NCBI GenBank assembly: GCA_963662405.2 | Contig: CAXXKT010000001.1 | Span: 1,728,001-1,792,000, forward strand | DNA from: Syntrophales bacterium | GTDB taxonomy: Bacteria; Desulfobacterota; Syntrophia; Syntrophales; UBA2210 | Direction: 5' to 3' | Length of the DNA: 64,000 nucleotides | Shown here: piece by piece, positions 11,994 to 22,256 of the stretch | Layout of the letters: each line of letters opens with the position of its first letter | How positions within the stretch are numbered: the first letter of the stretch is position 1 | Position numbers and translations under genes: made by a program | Notes under the pieces: generated by a model | The model's input: only the letters and a program-made list of their open reading frames with translations | Told to the model about the DNA's origin: nothing | Database searches by the model: none

Positions 11994-12208
11994 CAGGTGT
12001 TTCTTCCGCACCGGAGGATATCTGTACCCCGGAAACTGTCATTACCCCTTTCCCCGTGAAAATTACGTATAGAAAGTTGAGGTTGCCCTCTTTTCTCGGT
12101 GTGTACACCGTTGGCGTGCCGGTGAAGAAAAATAACCTCTGATAAATAGTGCATGATATCGGAATGTTGTGGCAGGTAAAACCTGTGTCTCCTGAGCAAA
12201 AGAGAAAC

Positions 12209-12224
12209 TGGCATGCTCATTGCT
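12209..12224 (+). promoter_or_regulatory. sigma54 (-24/-12) promoter of pilA
   Basis: TGGCATGCTCATTGCT: GG-N10-GC spacing with TGGCA and TTGCT, 86 bp upstream of pilA and next to pilR. Confidence 0.85.
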
Positions 12225-12310
12225 ATTTCACTACACCGGAGCGTATCAGGATGGAGAGCACTCCCTCGTTATGGAAATAACAAAAATATCATCTTAAGGA
12301 GGAATGAGTC

Positions 12311-12688
12311 ATGTTGGTGAAGTTCAATGCAAAGAGAGATCAGAAGGGTTTTACGTTGATCGAACTGATGATCGTCATCGCGATTATCGGTATCTTGGCG
12401 GCGATCGCCATCCCGCAGTTCAATGCGTACCGGGAGAGGGGCTGGAATGCGACGGCACAGTCCGATGCACGGAATGCCTACACGGCGGCTCAGGCATATA
12501 TCGCGGAAAACCCGACTACGGCGACCTTGACGCTCGATAACCTCACGGCCAGCGGTTACCGGCAGTCCGCCAGCGTAACGACGACCGTAACATTCACCTC
12601 CGTTTCAGCCTTTACGATTGCCTGTGTCCATGCCAACGGTACGGTAACCTATACTATCGACCAGAACGGGGCGATAACGCAGGCATAG
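12311..12688 (+). CDS. pilA: Type IVa major pilin (13-aa leader, 112-aa mature protein)
   Basis: [27 protein letters not shown] prepilin motif; AAGGAGG RBS. Confidence 0.95.
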   Translation: MLVKFNAKRDQKGFTLIELMIVIAIIGILAAIAIPQFNAYRERGWNATAQSDARNAYTAAQAYIAENPTTATLTLDNLTASGYRQSASVTTTVTFTSVSAFTIACVHANGTVTYTIDQNGAITQA

Positions 12689-12752
12689 GGTACAAAGATG
12701 GCGGGTCGGGACAGTATGACTTGACGTGCCAAGACCACTCAACCGCTTGACG

Positions 12753-12781
12753 ACAAAGGGGGCTTACAGCCCCCTTTGTTT
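12753..12781. terminator. Bidirectional intrinsic terminator between pilA and the oxidoreductase operon
   Basis: ACAAAGGGGGCT-TAC-AGCCCCCTTTGT hairpin between convergent genes. Confidence 0.75.
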
Positions 12782-12801
12782 ATCTTTCTGTTATTGCAGG
12801 A

Positions 12802-13344
12802 TTACCCTGTGATCGTTGCCTTTCCCGCCTCGACCCCGAGGGCGAAGGCCTTTTGGTTCACCTCCAAGGCCTTTGTCGGGACATGGGGCTGTATCGCCTC
12901 CAGCGCGGATTTTTCCGAGATCATCCCGGTCATCCCCACAATGACCCCCAGGGAGACGATATTGGCGGTAATCGGTTTGCGGACCTGGTCGTGGGCGATG
13001 TCGGTGATGGGTACGGCATAGACCCTCTCGGGCAGCGAGCCGGGTTCGGCCTCGCCGTTGATAATCAGGATGCCGTCCGGTGCGAGGGTGGGCAGATACG
13101 ACTGGTAATCCCTCTTCGACATAATCAGCAGCACATTGGGAGAATCGATCTTGGGGTAAAGGATACTATCATCCGACGCAATGACGTACGATGTGCTGTG
13201 TCCTCCCCGGACCTCAGGACCGTAGTTCTGGGACTGGACCACGTTTCGTCCCTCGTGCATCGCCGCTTCGGCCAGTATGATGCTGACCGTCACCATCCCC
13301 TGTCCCCCCGTTCCGATCAGACGCACTTCCCATCGTTTACCCAC
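12802..13344 (-). CDS. korC: 2-oxoacid:ferredoxin oxidoreductase gamma subunit
   Basis: GTGGQG, YGPEVRGGHS, ANIVSLG; operon context. Confidence 0.88.
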   Translation of the reverse strand: MGKRWEVRLIGTGGQGMVTVSIILAEAAMHEGRNVVQSQNYGPEVRGGHSTSYVIASDDSILYPKIDSPNVLLIMSKRDYQSYLPTLAPDGILIINGEAEPGSLPERVYAVPITDIAHDQVRKPITANIVSLGVIVGMTGMISEKSALEAIQPHVPTKALEVNQKAFALGVEAGKATITG

Positions 13345-14167
13345 GGCCTGTATCTCCTTTCCTGACCCTCTCGATTAATCGGTCGTATTCTTCAACATAT
13401 TCCGGGATATCGGCCCTGTGGAGTTCGCCGATGACAAACTTATCGCTCCGTTCCTCATCGGTCATCCTCGCCGCTTTGGCTTGCCGGACGGCATGGTCTT
13501 TCTGCCACAGCAGCATGTCGACGGCGGTTTCAAGTTCATTTCTCCGTCCGAAGTTGACCGGACAGTGCGTAACGGCCTCGATGACGGAAAAGCCCTTGTG
13601 CTCGGCCCCGGCGACGATCAGGTCGGTGAGCATCTTTGCATGATAACTCGTGCCGCGTGCGACGTACGAGGCACCAGCGCCGATGCAGAGATTGGTGATA
13701 TCGAAGTGGGGATCCGTCGTTCCGTAAGGGGCGGTGGTGGCGTACTTCTCCCGATAGGTAGTGGGGGAATACTGCCCCCCCGTCATGCCGTAGATATGGT
13801 TGTTGAAGATGATTGCGGTCATATCGATGTTTCTCCGGCATGAATGGATGAGGTGGTTTCCCCCGATCGCGGTGGCATCACCGTCTCCCATGAAGACGAA
13901 CACCTTGAGGCGTGGTTTGGCCATCTTAAGCCCCGTGGCGAAGGCCAGGGCGCGCCCATGGGTGGTGTGCAGGGTGTTGAAATCCAGGTATCCCGTAATT
14001 CGTCCCGAGCAGCCGATACCCGATACTGCCGCTACGTCGTCCCTGTCATATCCCAATCTGTCGATGGCACGGATAAAAGATCCCATGATCGTTCCGTTCC
14101 CGCATCCGGGGCACCAGATATGGGGCAGTTTGTCCATGCGCAGATATTTTTTATGGATAGCGTCCAT
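13337..14167 (-). CDS. korB: 2-oxoacid:ferredoxin oxidoreductase beta (TPP-binding) subunit
   Basis: WCPGCG, SGIGCS, HTTHGRA, GDGD...IGGNH, NNHIYGMTGGQ. Confidence 0.92.
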   Translation of the reverse strand: MDAIHKKYLRMDKLPHIWCPGCGNGTIMGSFIRAIDRLGYDRDDVAAVSGIGCSGRITGYLDFNTLHTTHGRALAFATGLKMAKPRLKVFVFMGDGDATAIGGNHLIHSCRRNIDMTAIIFNNHIYGMTGGQYSPTTYREKYATTAPYGTTDPHFDITNLCIGAGASYVARGTSYHAKMLTDLIVAGAEHKGFSVIEAVTHCPVNFGRRNELETAVDMLLWQKDHAVRQAKAARMTDEERSDKFVIGELHRADIPEYVEEYDRLIERVRKGDTGRG

Positions 14168-14169
14168 AC

Positions 14170-15297
14170 TTATCGTATCTCCTCAATGAGATCACTGATC
14201 TCGTGCGGTGTGATGAGCTCGCCGTCGATCTTGTTGAGGGGGTAAATAGGTGCGACCCCGGTGATCGCCCGTTCCACCTCGCGAACCATTTGTCCCAGGT
14301 TCATCTCCGGGACAATAACAGCTCGTTTCCCGGACGCCGCCTGGCGAATTTCTTTATCGGGAAAAGGCCAGAGGGTTACCGGCCTCAGGAGACCGACACG
14401 CTTGCCGACCTTCTTCATGCTTCGGACCACCTCTTCGGCCGACCGGGCGACACTCCCGAAGGCGATGATCAGGATATCGGCATCCTCGACATCAACATAC
14501 TTGACCCTGACGATCTCATCGCGATAGCGGTCAAGCTTGCCGTTCATGCGCCTCATCACCCGGTCGACCGTTTCAGGATCGTTTGTCGGGAATCCCGTTT
14601 TGTCATGTATGAGGCCGGTGATGTGGTAGCGATATCCCTCACCGAAATCGGCGAATGGAGGTATCAGATCGTCGGTTTCTTCGTACGGGAGATATGGTGC
14701 CCCGGGTGTCGGTCCCTTCCGTTTGGCGTCCGTGACGATATCCTCCGCCTTGAATTCCACCCGTTCCCGCAGGTGCCCGATGATTTCGTCCATGAGGATG
14801 ATGACGGGAATCCGGTATTGTTCCGAGAGATTGACGGCCCGACCCGTTTCACGATAGGCTTCCCGTGCCGTATAGGGTGCGATTACGATAATTGCATGAT
14901 CGCCATGGGTTCCCCAGCGGGCCTGCATGAAGTCCCCCTGTGATGAAGTGGTGGGCAGCCCCGTGCTGGGACCGTATCGCATGACGTCTATGATCACACA
15001 GGGGATCTCGGCCTCCGATGCGAAACCGATATTTTCCTGCTTCAGCGAAAACCCCGGGCCGCTTGTTGCCGTAATCGCCTTCATCCCGGCGCAGGAGGCG
15101 CCGATCACCGCTCCCATACTCGCGATTTCGTCCTCCATCTGCATGAATTTCCCCCCCACCTTCGGGAGCTCCCGGGCGAAGATGTTTGCGATCTCCGTCG
15201 ACGGAGTAATGGGATACCCCGCAAAAAAACGGACCCCTGCCGCCAGAGCCCCGAACACGCTGGCCTCATTACCCGCCAACAATTTTGCATCAGCCAT
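14170..15297 (-). CDS. korA: 2-oxoacid:ferredoxin oxidoreductase alpha subunit
   Basis: GNEA, AGYPITPSTE, QMEDEIAS, TATSGPGFSL, GPSTGLPT, EMNLGQ; start set to ATG 15297. Confidence 0.92.
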   Translation of the reverse strand: MADAKLLAGNEASVFGALAAGVRFFAGYPITPSTEIANIFARELPKVGGKFMQMEDEIASMGAVIGASCAGMKAITATSGPGFSLKQENIGFASEAEIPCVIIDVMRYGPSTGLPTTSSQGDFMQARWGTHGDHAIIVIAPYTAREAYRETGRAVNLSEQYRIPVIILMDEIIGHLRERVEFKAEDIVTDAKRKGPTPGAPYLPYEETDDLIPPFADFGEGYRYHITGLIHDKTGFPTNDPETVDRVMRRMNGKLDRYRDEIVRVKYVDVEDADILIIAFGSVARSAEEVVRSMKKVGKRVGLLRPVTLWPFPDKEIRQAASGKRAVIVPEMNLGQMVREVERAITGVAPIYPLNKIDGELITPHEISDLIEEIR

Positions 15298-15502
15298 GGG
15301 TGGTATCCTCCTCGACATCGATACAATAGTCAGGGCACAAGAGCTCGCACTGCCTGCACCCGGTACACTTTTCCGGGTACGTGATGACCGCCTTGTCGTC
15401 ATGATCCGTTGTAAAAACCGAAACCGGACAGAAAGCGACACAGATGCCGCATGCCTTGCAGATTGTCCTGTCTACCGTTATCCTGAACTGTTTCTTGGCC
15501 AT
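15290..15502 (-). CDS. korD: 2x[4Fe-4S] ferredoxin (delta subunit)
   Basis: Two CxxCxxCxxxCP motifs in 70 aa; first gene of the operon. Confidence 0.9.
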   Translation of the reverse strand: MAKKQFRITVDRTICKACGICVAFCPVSVFTTDHDDKAVITYPEKCTGCRQCELLCPDYCIDVEEDTTHG

Positions 15503-16304
15503 AGAATCCTTTCCTCTGAGATGACCGCATAATCCGTCTCTGTCGTCACGAGGTTGTGGTGTCCGGAGAGGTGGGGGTGCTCCCCTGCGTGATTCGGCGT
15601 ATACCGGATTTCAGGTCGCCGATATCTCATATGTGCGAGCTCTGTCTAGGATGATGTCGTGTGGCTCGAATCGCATCATTCTCCCCCATGCGGCCTCGGG
15701 AGAGAAGCTCTTTCCGTTGTGGGTCTGAGCGACAAACATCGCAGGACCAGTTGATTTAATATCCTTATCGCCGGTTGGTTCTCCCGTTTCTCAGGCAGGC
15801 AGGACACCCTTGCCAGTCACTTCAGGGATCCGGAATATCAAGCAGCATCCCAGGCCTTCCCATTCTCCCGTATCGCGCAGCCTGATCCCGGCACGAGACA
15901 GAGAAAGGAAGCAACAAGATTCAGTATCATGCCCGGTCCGTACCCCCACCCGGGCTCAAAAGCCCTTCTGACTACCATATCGTGGCGCTTCGGTCAAATA
16001 AAAGTTACCATTCAGGGGCTATACGGTTCCTCTCCGGCCATGCCGTTCCTACTGTAACGTGACCTTTATGCCGGGTAGCCTCCACTCCAGGGGCTGTGGC
16101 AGTCATTTTTACTACCATATGGTACAATTCAGACACGGGCTGGTGGTCTGTTCGGTTGCCCGCGTGACCCACCCTCTTCCGGATATCGCACCGCCGGAAG
16201 GACGACAAATTGCTTTACATCCTTCGACAAATTGGTATAAGGAGTCACGGTGCTAGGTGTAGGAAGGTCAAGAGATATCTCATACTCACAGAAGGAGGTT
16301 TTCC

Positions 16305-17093
16305 ATGAAGCTACAAGATCTGTTCAGTCTCAACGGGAAAATTGCCATGGTCACCGGCGGTGGCCGTGGTATCGGAAAATTTATTGCCACCGGTCTTGCC
16401 GAGGCGGGTGCCGATGTCGTCATCACCTCGCGGAAGATGAAAAACCTCGAGCCTGCTGCCGAAGAACTTTCAAAGGAGTACGGCGTGACCGTTCTTCCGA
16501 TCGCCTGTGATGTGAGCAAGGAGGAGGATATCGATGAGATGCTGAAGACGGTCAAGGAGAAATTCGGCCGGGTTGATATCCTTGTCAATAACGCCGGGGC
16601 AACCTGGGGAGCACCGACTCTGGAATTCCCCCTGGAGAAGTGGGACTATCTCTTCGATGTCAATGTCCGGGGTGTCTGGATCATGGCCCAGAAGGTTGCC
16701 AATATCATGAAGGAGCAGGGGGGGGGGAACATCATCAACATATCCTCCGTCATGGGGTTCAGAGGCTCCGACGAGATGGCACATCCCGCCGTTCCCTACA
16801 ACTCGACGAAAGCCGCCGTTAATCTCCTGACGATGAACCTTGCCGTCAAGCTCGCGCCGCACAATATCCGGGTCAATGCCATTGCCCCCGGTTTTTTCGG
16901 TACCGATATGATGGCCTACATCGAAAAACCCGAGTTCGAGGAGGCCTATGAGGCGACCTTGAGTGTTATCCCCATGCACCGGATCGGTCGGATCGACGAC
17001 ATGAAGGGGGTTGCCGTCTTTCTCGCCTCGGACGCCTCGGCCTTTATGACCGGCCATGTCCTCATCAATGACGGGGGACAGCTCGCCAAGTAG
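16305..17093 (+). CDS. Short-chain dehydrogenase/reductase
   Basis: TGGGRGIG, NNAG, YNSTK catalytic motif; AAGGAGG RBS. Confidence 0.92.
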   Translation: MKLQDLFSLNGKIAMVTGGGRGIGKFIATGLAEAGADVVITSRKMKNLEPAAEELSKEYGVTVLPIACDVSKEEDIDEMLKTVKEKFGRVDILVNNAGATWGAPTLEFPLEKWDYLFDVNVRGVWIMAQKVANIMKEQGGGNIINISSVMGFRGSDEMAHPAVPYNSTKAAVNLLTMNLAVKLAPHNIRVNAIAPGFFGTDMMAYIEKPEFEEAYEATLSVIPMHRIGRIDDMKGVAVFLASDASAFMTGHVLINDGGQLAK

Positions 17094-17116
17094 CGGTTGT
17101 CCATCACAATATGGAT

Positions 17117-17165
17117 TCAAGCAACAAGACCCCTCGCTTGGGGAGGTGGGGGTCTTGTTGCTTGA
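17117..17165. repeat. Inverted repeat with 17-bp arms between convergent genes (probable bidirectional terminator)
   Basis: TCAAGCAACAAGACCCC ... GGGGTCTTGTTGCTTGA. Confidence 0.75.
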
Positions 17166-17207
17166 GCGTTGTTCTCGGAACCAGTTCTCTTGATCCGCCG
17201 TGCGATC

Positions 17208-17501
17208 TCAGATTGAGAGCATCTCTTCAAGGATCGACAAATCCATTTTTCCGTCGAGGAGCGGGGCCACCGCTACGGAGAATTCCTTGAAATGGGGGGT
17301 CGATGAGTGGGCTTGGATGGCCTCTTTATCGCGATACCTCTCGATCACGACCAGGAGATCAGGATTCCTGCTGTCGCGACACAGCGCATATCCAACCGTT
17401 CCCTCTTCTTGTCCTACCTTCGGGACCAAGCCCCGGAAGAGTTCGGTTGCCTCATCCATTTTCCCTTCCTTGATCTTCATCTTTGCAATCACTGCGACCA
17501 T
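17208..17501 (-). CDS. ABM-family (putative quinol monooxygenase) protein
   Basis: 97 aa; EEGTVGY...ERYRDKEAIQAHSSTPHF pattern. Confidence 0.85.
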   Translation of the reverse strand: MVAVIAKMKIKEGKMDEATELFRGLVPKVGQEEGTVGYALCRDSRNPDLLVVIERYRDKEAIQAHSSTPHFKEFSVAVAPLLDGKMDLSILEEMLSI

Positions 17502-17630
17502 GGTTTATCTCTCTTTCTTGCCGGTGTCCACCGGCTATTAGGGGTTATTGGCAACTGTTACGCCTCTTTCGGTTCCACACAAGAGGCGTGATACCCTTGC
17601 CCGGTTAAACCCACACACGCGCATCTAGGC

Positions 17631-17664
17631 AAAAAAAGACCACCCGAAGATTCGGGTGGTCTTT
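17631..17664 (-). terminator. Intrinsic terminator after the hydroxyacyl-CoA dehydrogenase gene
   Basis: AAAGACCACCCGAA-GA-TTCGGGTGGTCTTT hairpin with U-tract on the minus strand. Confidence 0.8.
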
Positions 17665-17685
17665 CCTGTGAGCCGATAATGCCGG

Positions 17686-18558
17686 TTACTTCTTGGTGTA
17701 ATCGTACCAGCCCTTCCCGGTCTTCTGGCCAAAATCGCCTTTTGCAACGCGCTTTACGAGTTCTGGCGAAGGCATCTGTGCCATGTCGCCGCTCTCCCTG
17801 AATCTCTCCATGCCGATGTCATAGGAGAGATCAAGGCCGGTCAGGTCGTTGAGGCGGAACGGTCCCATGGGGTGTCCTGCGCCGTACACGCACGCCTTGT
17901 CGATGTCCTCGAAGGAAGCGACACCCATCTCGAGGATCCAGAAGGCCTCACGCGAAATGGAGGCGAAGATCCTGTTAAGGACGAATCCCCAGACCTCTTT
18001 TTTGATGTGGATCGGAACCTTATCGATCTTTTCACACAGCTGCATCGATACCTGTGCCGTCTCGTCCGACACATGGGGACCCTGTACGACTTCCACAAGC
18101 TTCATTACCAGGGCAGGGTTGAAGAAATGCAGGTTACAGACCTGGGACGGACGTTTTGTCGCATCGGCGATCTTGGAACTGACGATCATGGAGCTGTTCG
18201 TGGCGAGGATGGCGTGGGCCGGCGCGATCTCGTCGAGCTGTGCGAAGACCTTCCTTTTGAGATCGAGTCTCTCCAGAATGGCCTCAATCACGTAATCGGC
18301 ATCCTTGGCCGCCTCTTTAATGTCACCGGTGAAGGAGATTCTGCCCCTGATTTCCTTCGCCTGTGCCTCCTCCATTTTGCCCTTCTGGACGCGGCCAGCC
18401 AGATAACTGTCGGCGAAGTCTTCGGCCTTTTTAAGAATCTCTGGAATGACGTCGGTGCATTTGACCGTATATCCTGAGATGGCGCACTGCAAGGCGATCT
18501 GGTGCCCCATGTTCCCGGCGCCGACGACACAAATATTTTTTACGTCTTCGATCTTCAT
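17686..18558 (-). CDS. hbd: 3-hydroxyacyl-CoA (3-hydroxybutyryl-CoA type) dehydrogenase
   Basis: VGAGNMGHQIA, EAILE, ATNSS, HFFNPA, GFVLNR, HPMGPF, GQKTGKGWYDY. Confidence 0.9.
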   Translation of the reverse strand: MKIEDVKNICVVGAGNMGHQIALQCAISGYTVKCTDVIPEILKKAEDFADSYLAGRVQKGKMEEAQAKEIRGRISFTGDIKEAAKDADYVIEAILERLDLKRKVFAQLDEIAPAHAILATNSSMIVSSKIADATKRPSQVCNLHFFNPALVMKLVEVVQGPHVSDETAQVSMQLCEKIDKVPIHIKKEVWGFVLNRIFASISREAFWILEMGVASFEDIDKACVYGAGHPMGPFRLNDLTGLDLSYDIGMERFRESGDMAQMPSPELVKRVAKGDFGQKTGKGWYDYTKK

Positions 18559-18627
18559 AGCTTCTCTCCTTCCGAACAATATTTACGGCATGGGTCTTGG
18601 ACCCATGCCTGATCTTATGAACGACGA

Positions 18628-19833
18628 TTACCGTTTCAGGTTTTCGATGACGGTGGCGACACCAAGTCCGCCGCCGCAGCAGGAACCGAATATCCCGTAT
18701 CTGCCGCCCCGGCGGATCAGCTCGCGCATGGCGAACATTCCGCACCGGGGGCCCGAGGCGCCGTTGGGATGTCCGAAGGCGATGGCGCCGCCGTTCGGAT
18801 TCCAGTTGTCCATATTGACCTTCTCACCGGTCTGGTTTTCGATCTCCATGATAACGGCCAGGTTCTGAACGGCGAAGGCCTCGTTGCACTCCATGACATC
18901 CATGTCCCCGAGTTTCAGACCGGCACGTTTGATGGCCTGCGGCATGGCGTAACCGGGGGCGATCCCCATGATCTTGGGGTCGACACCGTAATCGGCGCCG
19001 CAGATCCATTTCGCCATCGGCTCGTAACCCAGTTCCTTGGCCTTTTCAGCGGTCATCATCAGGACGAAGGCTGAGCCGTCGTTCCGTCCGGACGAGTTTC
19101 CCGCCGTTACGGTGCCGCCCTTCTTGAAGACGGCGGGCAGGGAAAGAAGAACCTCCATTGATGACAGACGGGGATGCTCGTCCACCTTGAACTCGATGGG
19201 GGGTTTCTTTTTCCCCTGGGGGACGGTTACCGGAATGATCTCCTCGTCGAAATAGCCGGCATCCATGGCCTTCTTGGCTAGGGTCTGGCTTCGGAAGGCG
19301 AATTCATCAGAGGCCTCGCGGGAAATATCGTACATGACCTGCAGGTTCTCCGCCGTCAGACCCATCCCGATGCACTCCTCGGGGACGGGGGAGAGCTGGG
19401 TCTCCAAAGGCATAGGGGGGTTCAACCGGTACGGCTGAACGCTCATGGAAAACTTGGCCGGGATCTGACTGTAACCCTCCATCCCGCCGGCGATAACGAT
19501 GTCCGCGTGGTTGCACAGGATCTTCCAGGCCGCGTGGTTGATCGAGTCGATACCGGAACCGCACTGCATCTCGATGTAGCTGGCGGATGTGTCGTAGGGG
19601 AGCCCCGCGTAGAGGGCCGCCCACCGGGCCGGGTTCATGGCGCGGGAGCAGTGTGCTGCCGATCCCAACATGACGCAGTCCACGTGAGCTTTCTCGTGGA
19701 TCTTCGTTTTTTCGATCAAACCCTTGATGCCGATACCGGCCAGTTCTTCGGCCGAGATGTCCCGCAGGGTCCCGCCCATTCTGCCAAAGGCGGTGCGCAT
19801 CGCTTCAACAAACACTACTTCTCTCTCACTCAT
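18628..19833 (-). CDS. Thiolase (acetyl-CoA C-acyltransferase)
   Basis: QCGSG, VTAGNSSG.NDG, NEAFA, NPNGGAIAFGHP, CCGGG. Confidence 0.95.
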   Translation of the reverse strand: MSEREVVFVEAMRTAFGRMGGTLRDISAEELAGIGIKGLIEKTKIHEKAHVDCVMLGSAAHCSRAMNPARWAALYAGLPYDTSASYIEMQCGSGIDSINHAAWKILCNHADIVIAGGMEGYSQIPAKFSMSVQPYRLNPPMPLETQLSPVPEECIGMGLTAENLQVMYDISREASDEFAFRSQTLAKKAMDAGYFDEEIIPVTVPQGKKKPPIEFKVDEHPRLSSMEVLLSLPAVFKKGGTVTAGNSSGRNDGSAFVLMMTAEKAKELGYEPMAKWICGADYGVDPKIMGIAPGYAMPQAIKRAGLKLGDMDVMECNEAFAVQNLAVIMEIENQTGEKVNMDNWNPNGGAIAFGHPNGASGPRCGMFAMRELIRRGGRYGIFGSCCGGGLGVATVIENLKR

Positions 19834-20321
19834 CTCTTCTGTATCCTCCTGTCTCGATAATGATTGTTTTTCCCTTCGCTTTCATGAAATATGTTCAAGC
19901 CGATCGTCTGTAATGTACGTACCGGAGAAGAGAACATAAGAACTGCCATAACCACGACATACGGCAACATCTAACCCCAACATTATCGGGGGGGTAACAC
20001 AACGGAGAAAAAGGATTGTAAAGTGATTTGTAAAGACTATTTGGTGATAATCACCCTCCTCCCCCATTGCCTGCGCTACCAACCCTTGCATAAAGCCCCT
20101 GAATTGTCCAGAAAAAATTTCCACGAATTGTGAGACACGAAGCAAGATGAATCATGCCGGTGAATGGCGACGCTAACATACCGGTATGTTTGTACCTTTT
20201 TGAATTCTCCCCGGGGGTTGGATGTCCCTGAGAGTAAACGAAATGGTTTGTGACAAAAGGTAAAATCGGATATATCTCCCAAAGATCGAATGTTGTAGTG
20301 GTGATCTCCAGGAGGAAGAAT

Positions 20322-21815
20322 GTGAGTCATGATCGTATTTTGAGAAAGGATCTCCTTTCGAAGGTAATGGCACCCCGGGAAGCGGCCCGACTGATCCGGA
20401 ATGGGATGACCCTGGCGTGCAGCGGATTTACCTCATGCGGATACCCGAAGGTTGTCCCCCTTGCCTTGGCGAAGCGGATCAAAGGGGGCGCTCCCATTAA
20501 AATCAATCTTATTACCGGTGCCTCGGTGGGTGAGGAATTAGACGAAGAACTCGCGTCGGTAGGGGGGATCGCCCGGCGCTATCCCTACCAAACGGGAGAA
20601 GTGATCAATCGGGCGATCAACGATGGTGCCGTGATGTACCATGATATCCACCTGAGCAGAGTGCCCGAGCAGGTCCGGTGCGGGTTTCTGGGGCACCTGG
20701 ATATGGCCGTCATCGAGGCGACGGCTATCTTGGAAGACGGCAGTATTATTCCCACCACCTCGGTGGGTGCCTCCCCGACCTTTGTCAGCGAGGCCGACGG
20801 GATCATCGTGGAGGTGAACATGGCGCAACCCATGGAATTGGCCGGGATGCACGATATCTATGTACCGAAGAATCCTCCTCACCGCAGTCCCCTGCCAATC
20901 ACCGATCCGTGCCAGCGGATCGGCCGTTTCTCCATCCCCTGTGATCCCGCAAAAATCATCGCAATCTGCCGGTCCGACAGCCTTGACAAGACAAGGCCCC
21001 TGGCGGATGTAAGCGATACGTCGCAGGGGATTGCCCGCCACCTCATCGATTTCGTCAACCGATGCATCCGGGGGAAGTTTTACGACGATCTGCCACCGCT
21101 GCAGTCGGGGGTGGGGAGTATCGCCAATGCCGTCATGGGCGGGATACTTGCGAGCGACTGGACGGACATTGGTCTGTGGGCCGAGGTCATCCAAGACGCA
21201 ATTTTCGACCTGATCGATGCGGGAAAACTCGTTTGTGCCTCGGGGACCGCACTCACGCCGTCCCCCGAAGGGCTGATGCGCTTTTACCGGAATATCGATA
21301 CCTATCGTGAAAAGATCATCCTCAGGCCCCAGGAGATCAGTAACAGCGCCGAGGTGATCAATCGGTTGGGTGTCGTGGCGATGAATACGGCGATTGAGGC
21401 CGATATATACGGGAACGTGAATTCAACCCACACCTTCGGGAACCGTGTCATCAACGGTATAGGGGGATCGGGTGACTTTTCGCGGAACGCCTTCCTCTCC
21501 GTTTTCATGACTCCCTCGACGGCCCGGGGAGGAACTATCTCAAGGATCGTTCCCTGCGTGACCCATGTCGATCATACGGAACATGAGGTCCACGTCATTG
21601 TGACCGAACAAGGGGTGGCGGATCTCCGGGGACTCGATCCCCGTGAACGTCCTGAGGTGATTATCGAAAACTGTGCCCACCCCGCCTATCGGGATCCCCT
21701 GCGGGATTACTGCCGCCGTGCGCTGCGGGGGGCGGGAGGACACACACCACTTCTCCTTGATGAAGTATTCTCCTGGCATGCACGCTATCAGGAAAAAGGA
21801 ACGATGCTTCCTTGA
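20322..21815 (+). CDS. Acetyl-CoA hydrolase/transferase family (succinyl-CoA:acetate CoA-transferase-like)
   Basis: SGFT..GYPKVVP, LQSGVGSIAN, EVIQD, NGIGGSGDF, HVDHTEH; GTG start after AGGAGG. Confidence 0.92.
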   Translation: MSHDRILRKDLLSKVMAPREAARLIRNGMTLACSGFTSCGYPKVVPLALAKRIKGGAPIKINLITGASVGEELDEELASVGGIARRYPYQTGEVINRAINDGAVMYHDIHLSRVPEQVRCGFLGHLDMAVIEATAILEDGSIIPTTSVGASPTFVSEADGIIVEVNMAQPMELAGMHDIYVPKNPPHRSPLPITDPCQRIGRFSIPCDPAKIIAICRSDSLDKTRPLADVSDTSQGIARHLIDFVNRCIRGKFYDDLPPLQSGVGSIANAVMGGILASDWTDIGLWAEVIQDAIFDLIDAGKLVCASGTALTPSPEGLMRFYRNIDTYREKIILRPQEISNSAEVINRLGVVAMNTAIEADIYGNVNSTHTFGNRVINGIGGSGDFSRNAFLSVFMTPSTARGGTISRIVPCVTHVDHTEHEVHVIVTEQGVADLRGLDPRERPEVIIENCAHPAYRDPLRDYCRRALRGAGGHTPLLLDEVFSWHARYQEKGTMLP

Positions 21816-22201
21816 GGTAGGCCCTGAGCACAATCAGAGAAAGAGGGGGTGTCGGTATGATATCAGATGCACCACAAGAGCCGTGAAGAAGAGCATCTTT
21901 TCGTCACGGAAGGTTTGATGGCTGAAGCGGGTGGGCCCCACGGGAGTCGCATTCATGCCCTGTCGGCTCTTATTCCATGCCTGACGGTTTCCTGCGGCGA
22001 GTCCTCTGAAGGTGACCGTTTCAATGGGGAGAGGGAACGGTAAGGTCCGGGTACCGGGAATACCGTTATATCGGGGATTGAAAGAATCGAAAAAAAATGA
22101 CTGTTCCCTCTCAGTCCCGGTGAGGATAAAAACACGTGTTCGGAGTGGTTCTTTTCCTCGCCCCGCGAAGAGAGAAGGACTCTCTTACATGTGTGGAAGA
22201 A

Positions 22202-22237
22202 ACAAAAAAAGCCGGAGGTTACTTCCGGCTTTTTTGT
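22202..22237. terminator. Bidirectional intrinsic terminator
   Basis: A-tract, GCCGGAGG-TTA-CTTCCGGC hairpin, T-tract. Confidence 0.8.
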
Positions 22238-22256
22238 CACACGTGACGGGATCGGT

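Noticed and set aside
15503..16304. Riboswitch, tmRNA or SRP RNA in the long intergenic region
   Set aside because: I could not match the conserved core of any known family on either strand; an Rfam scan would settle it.
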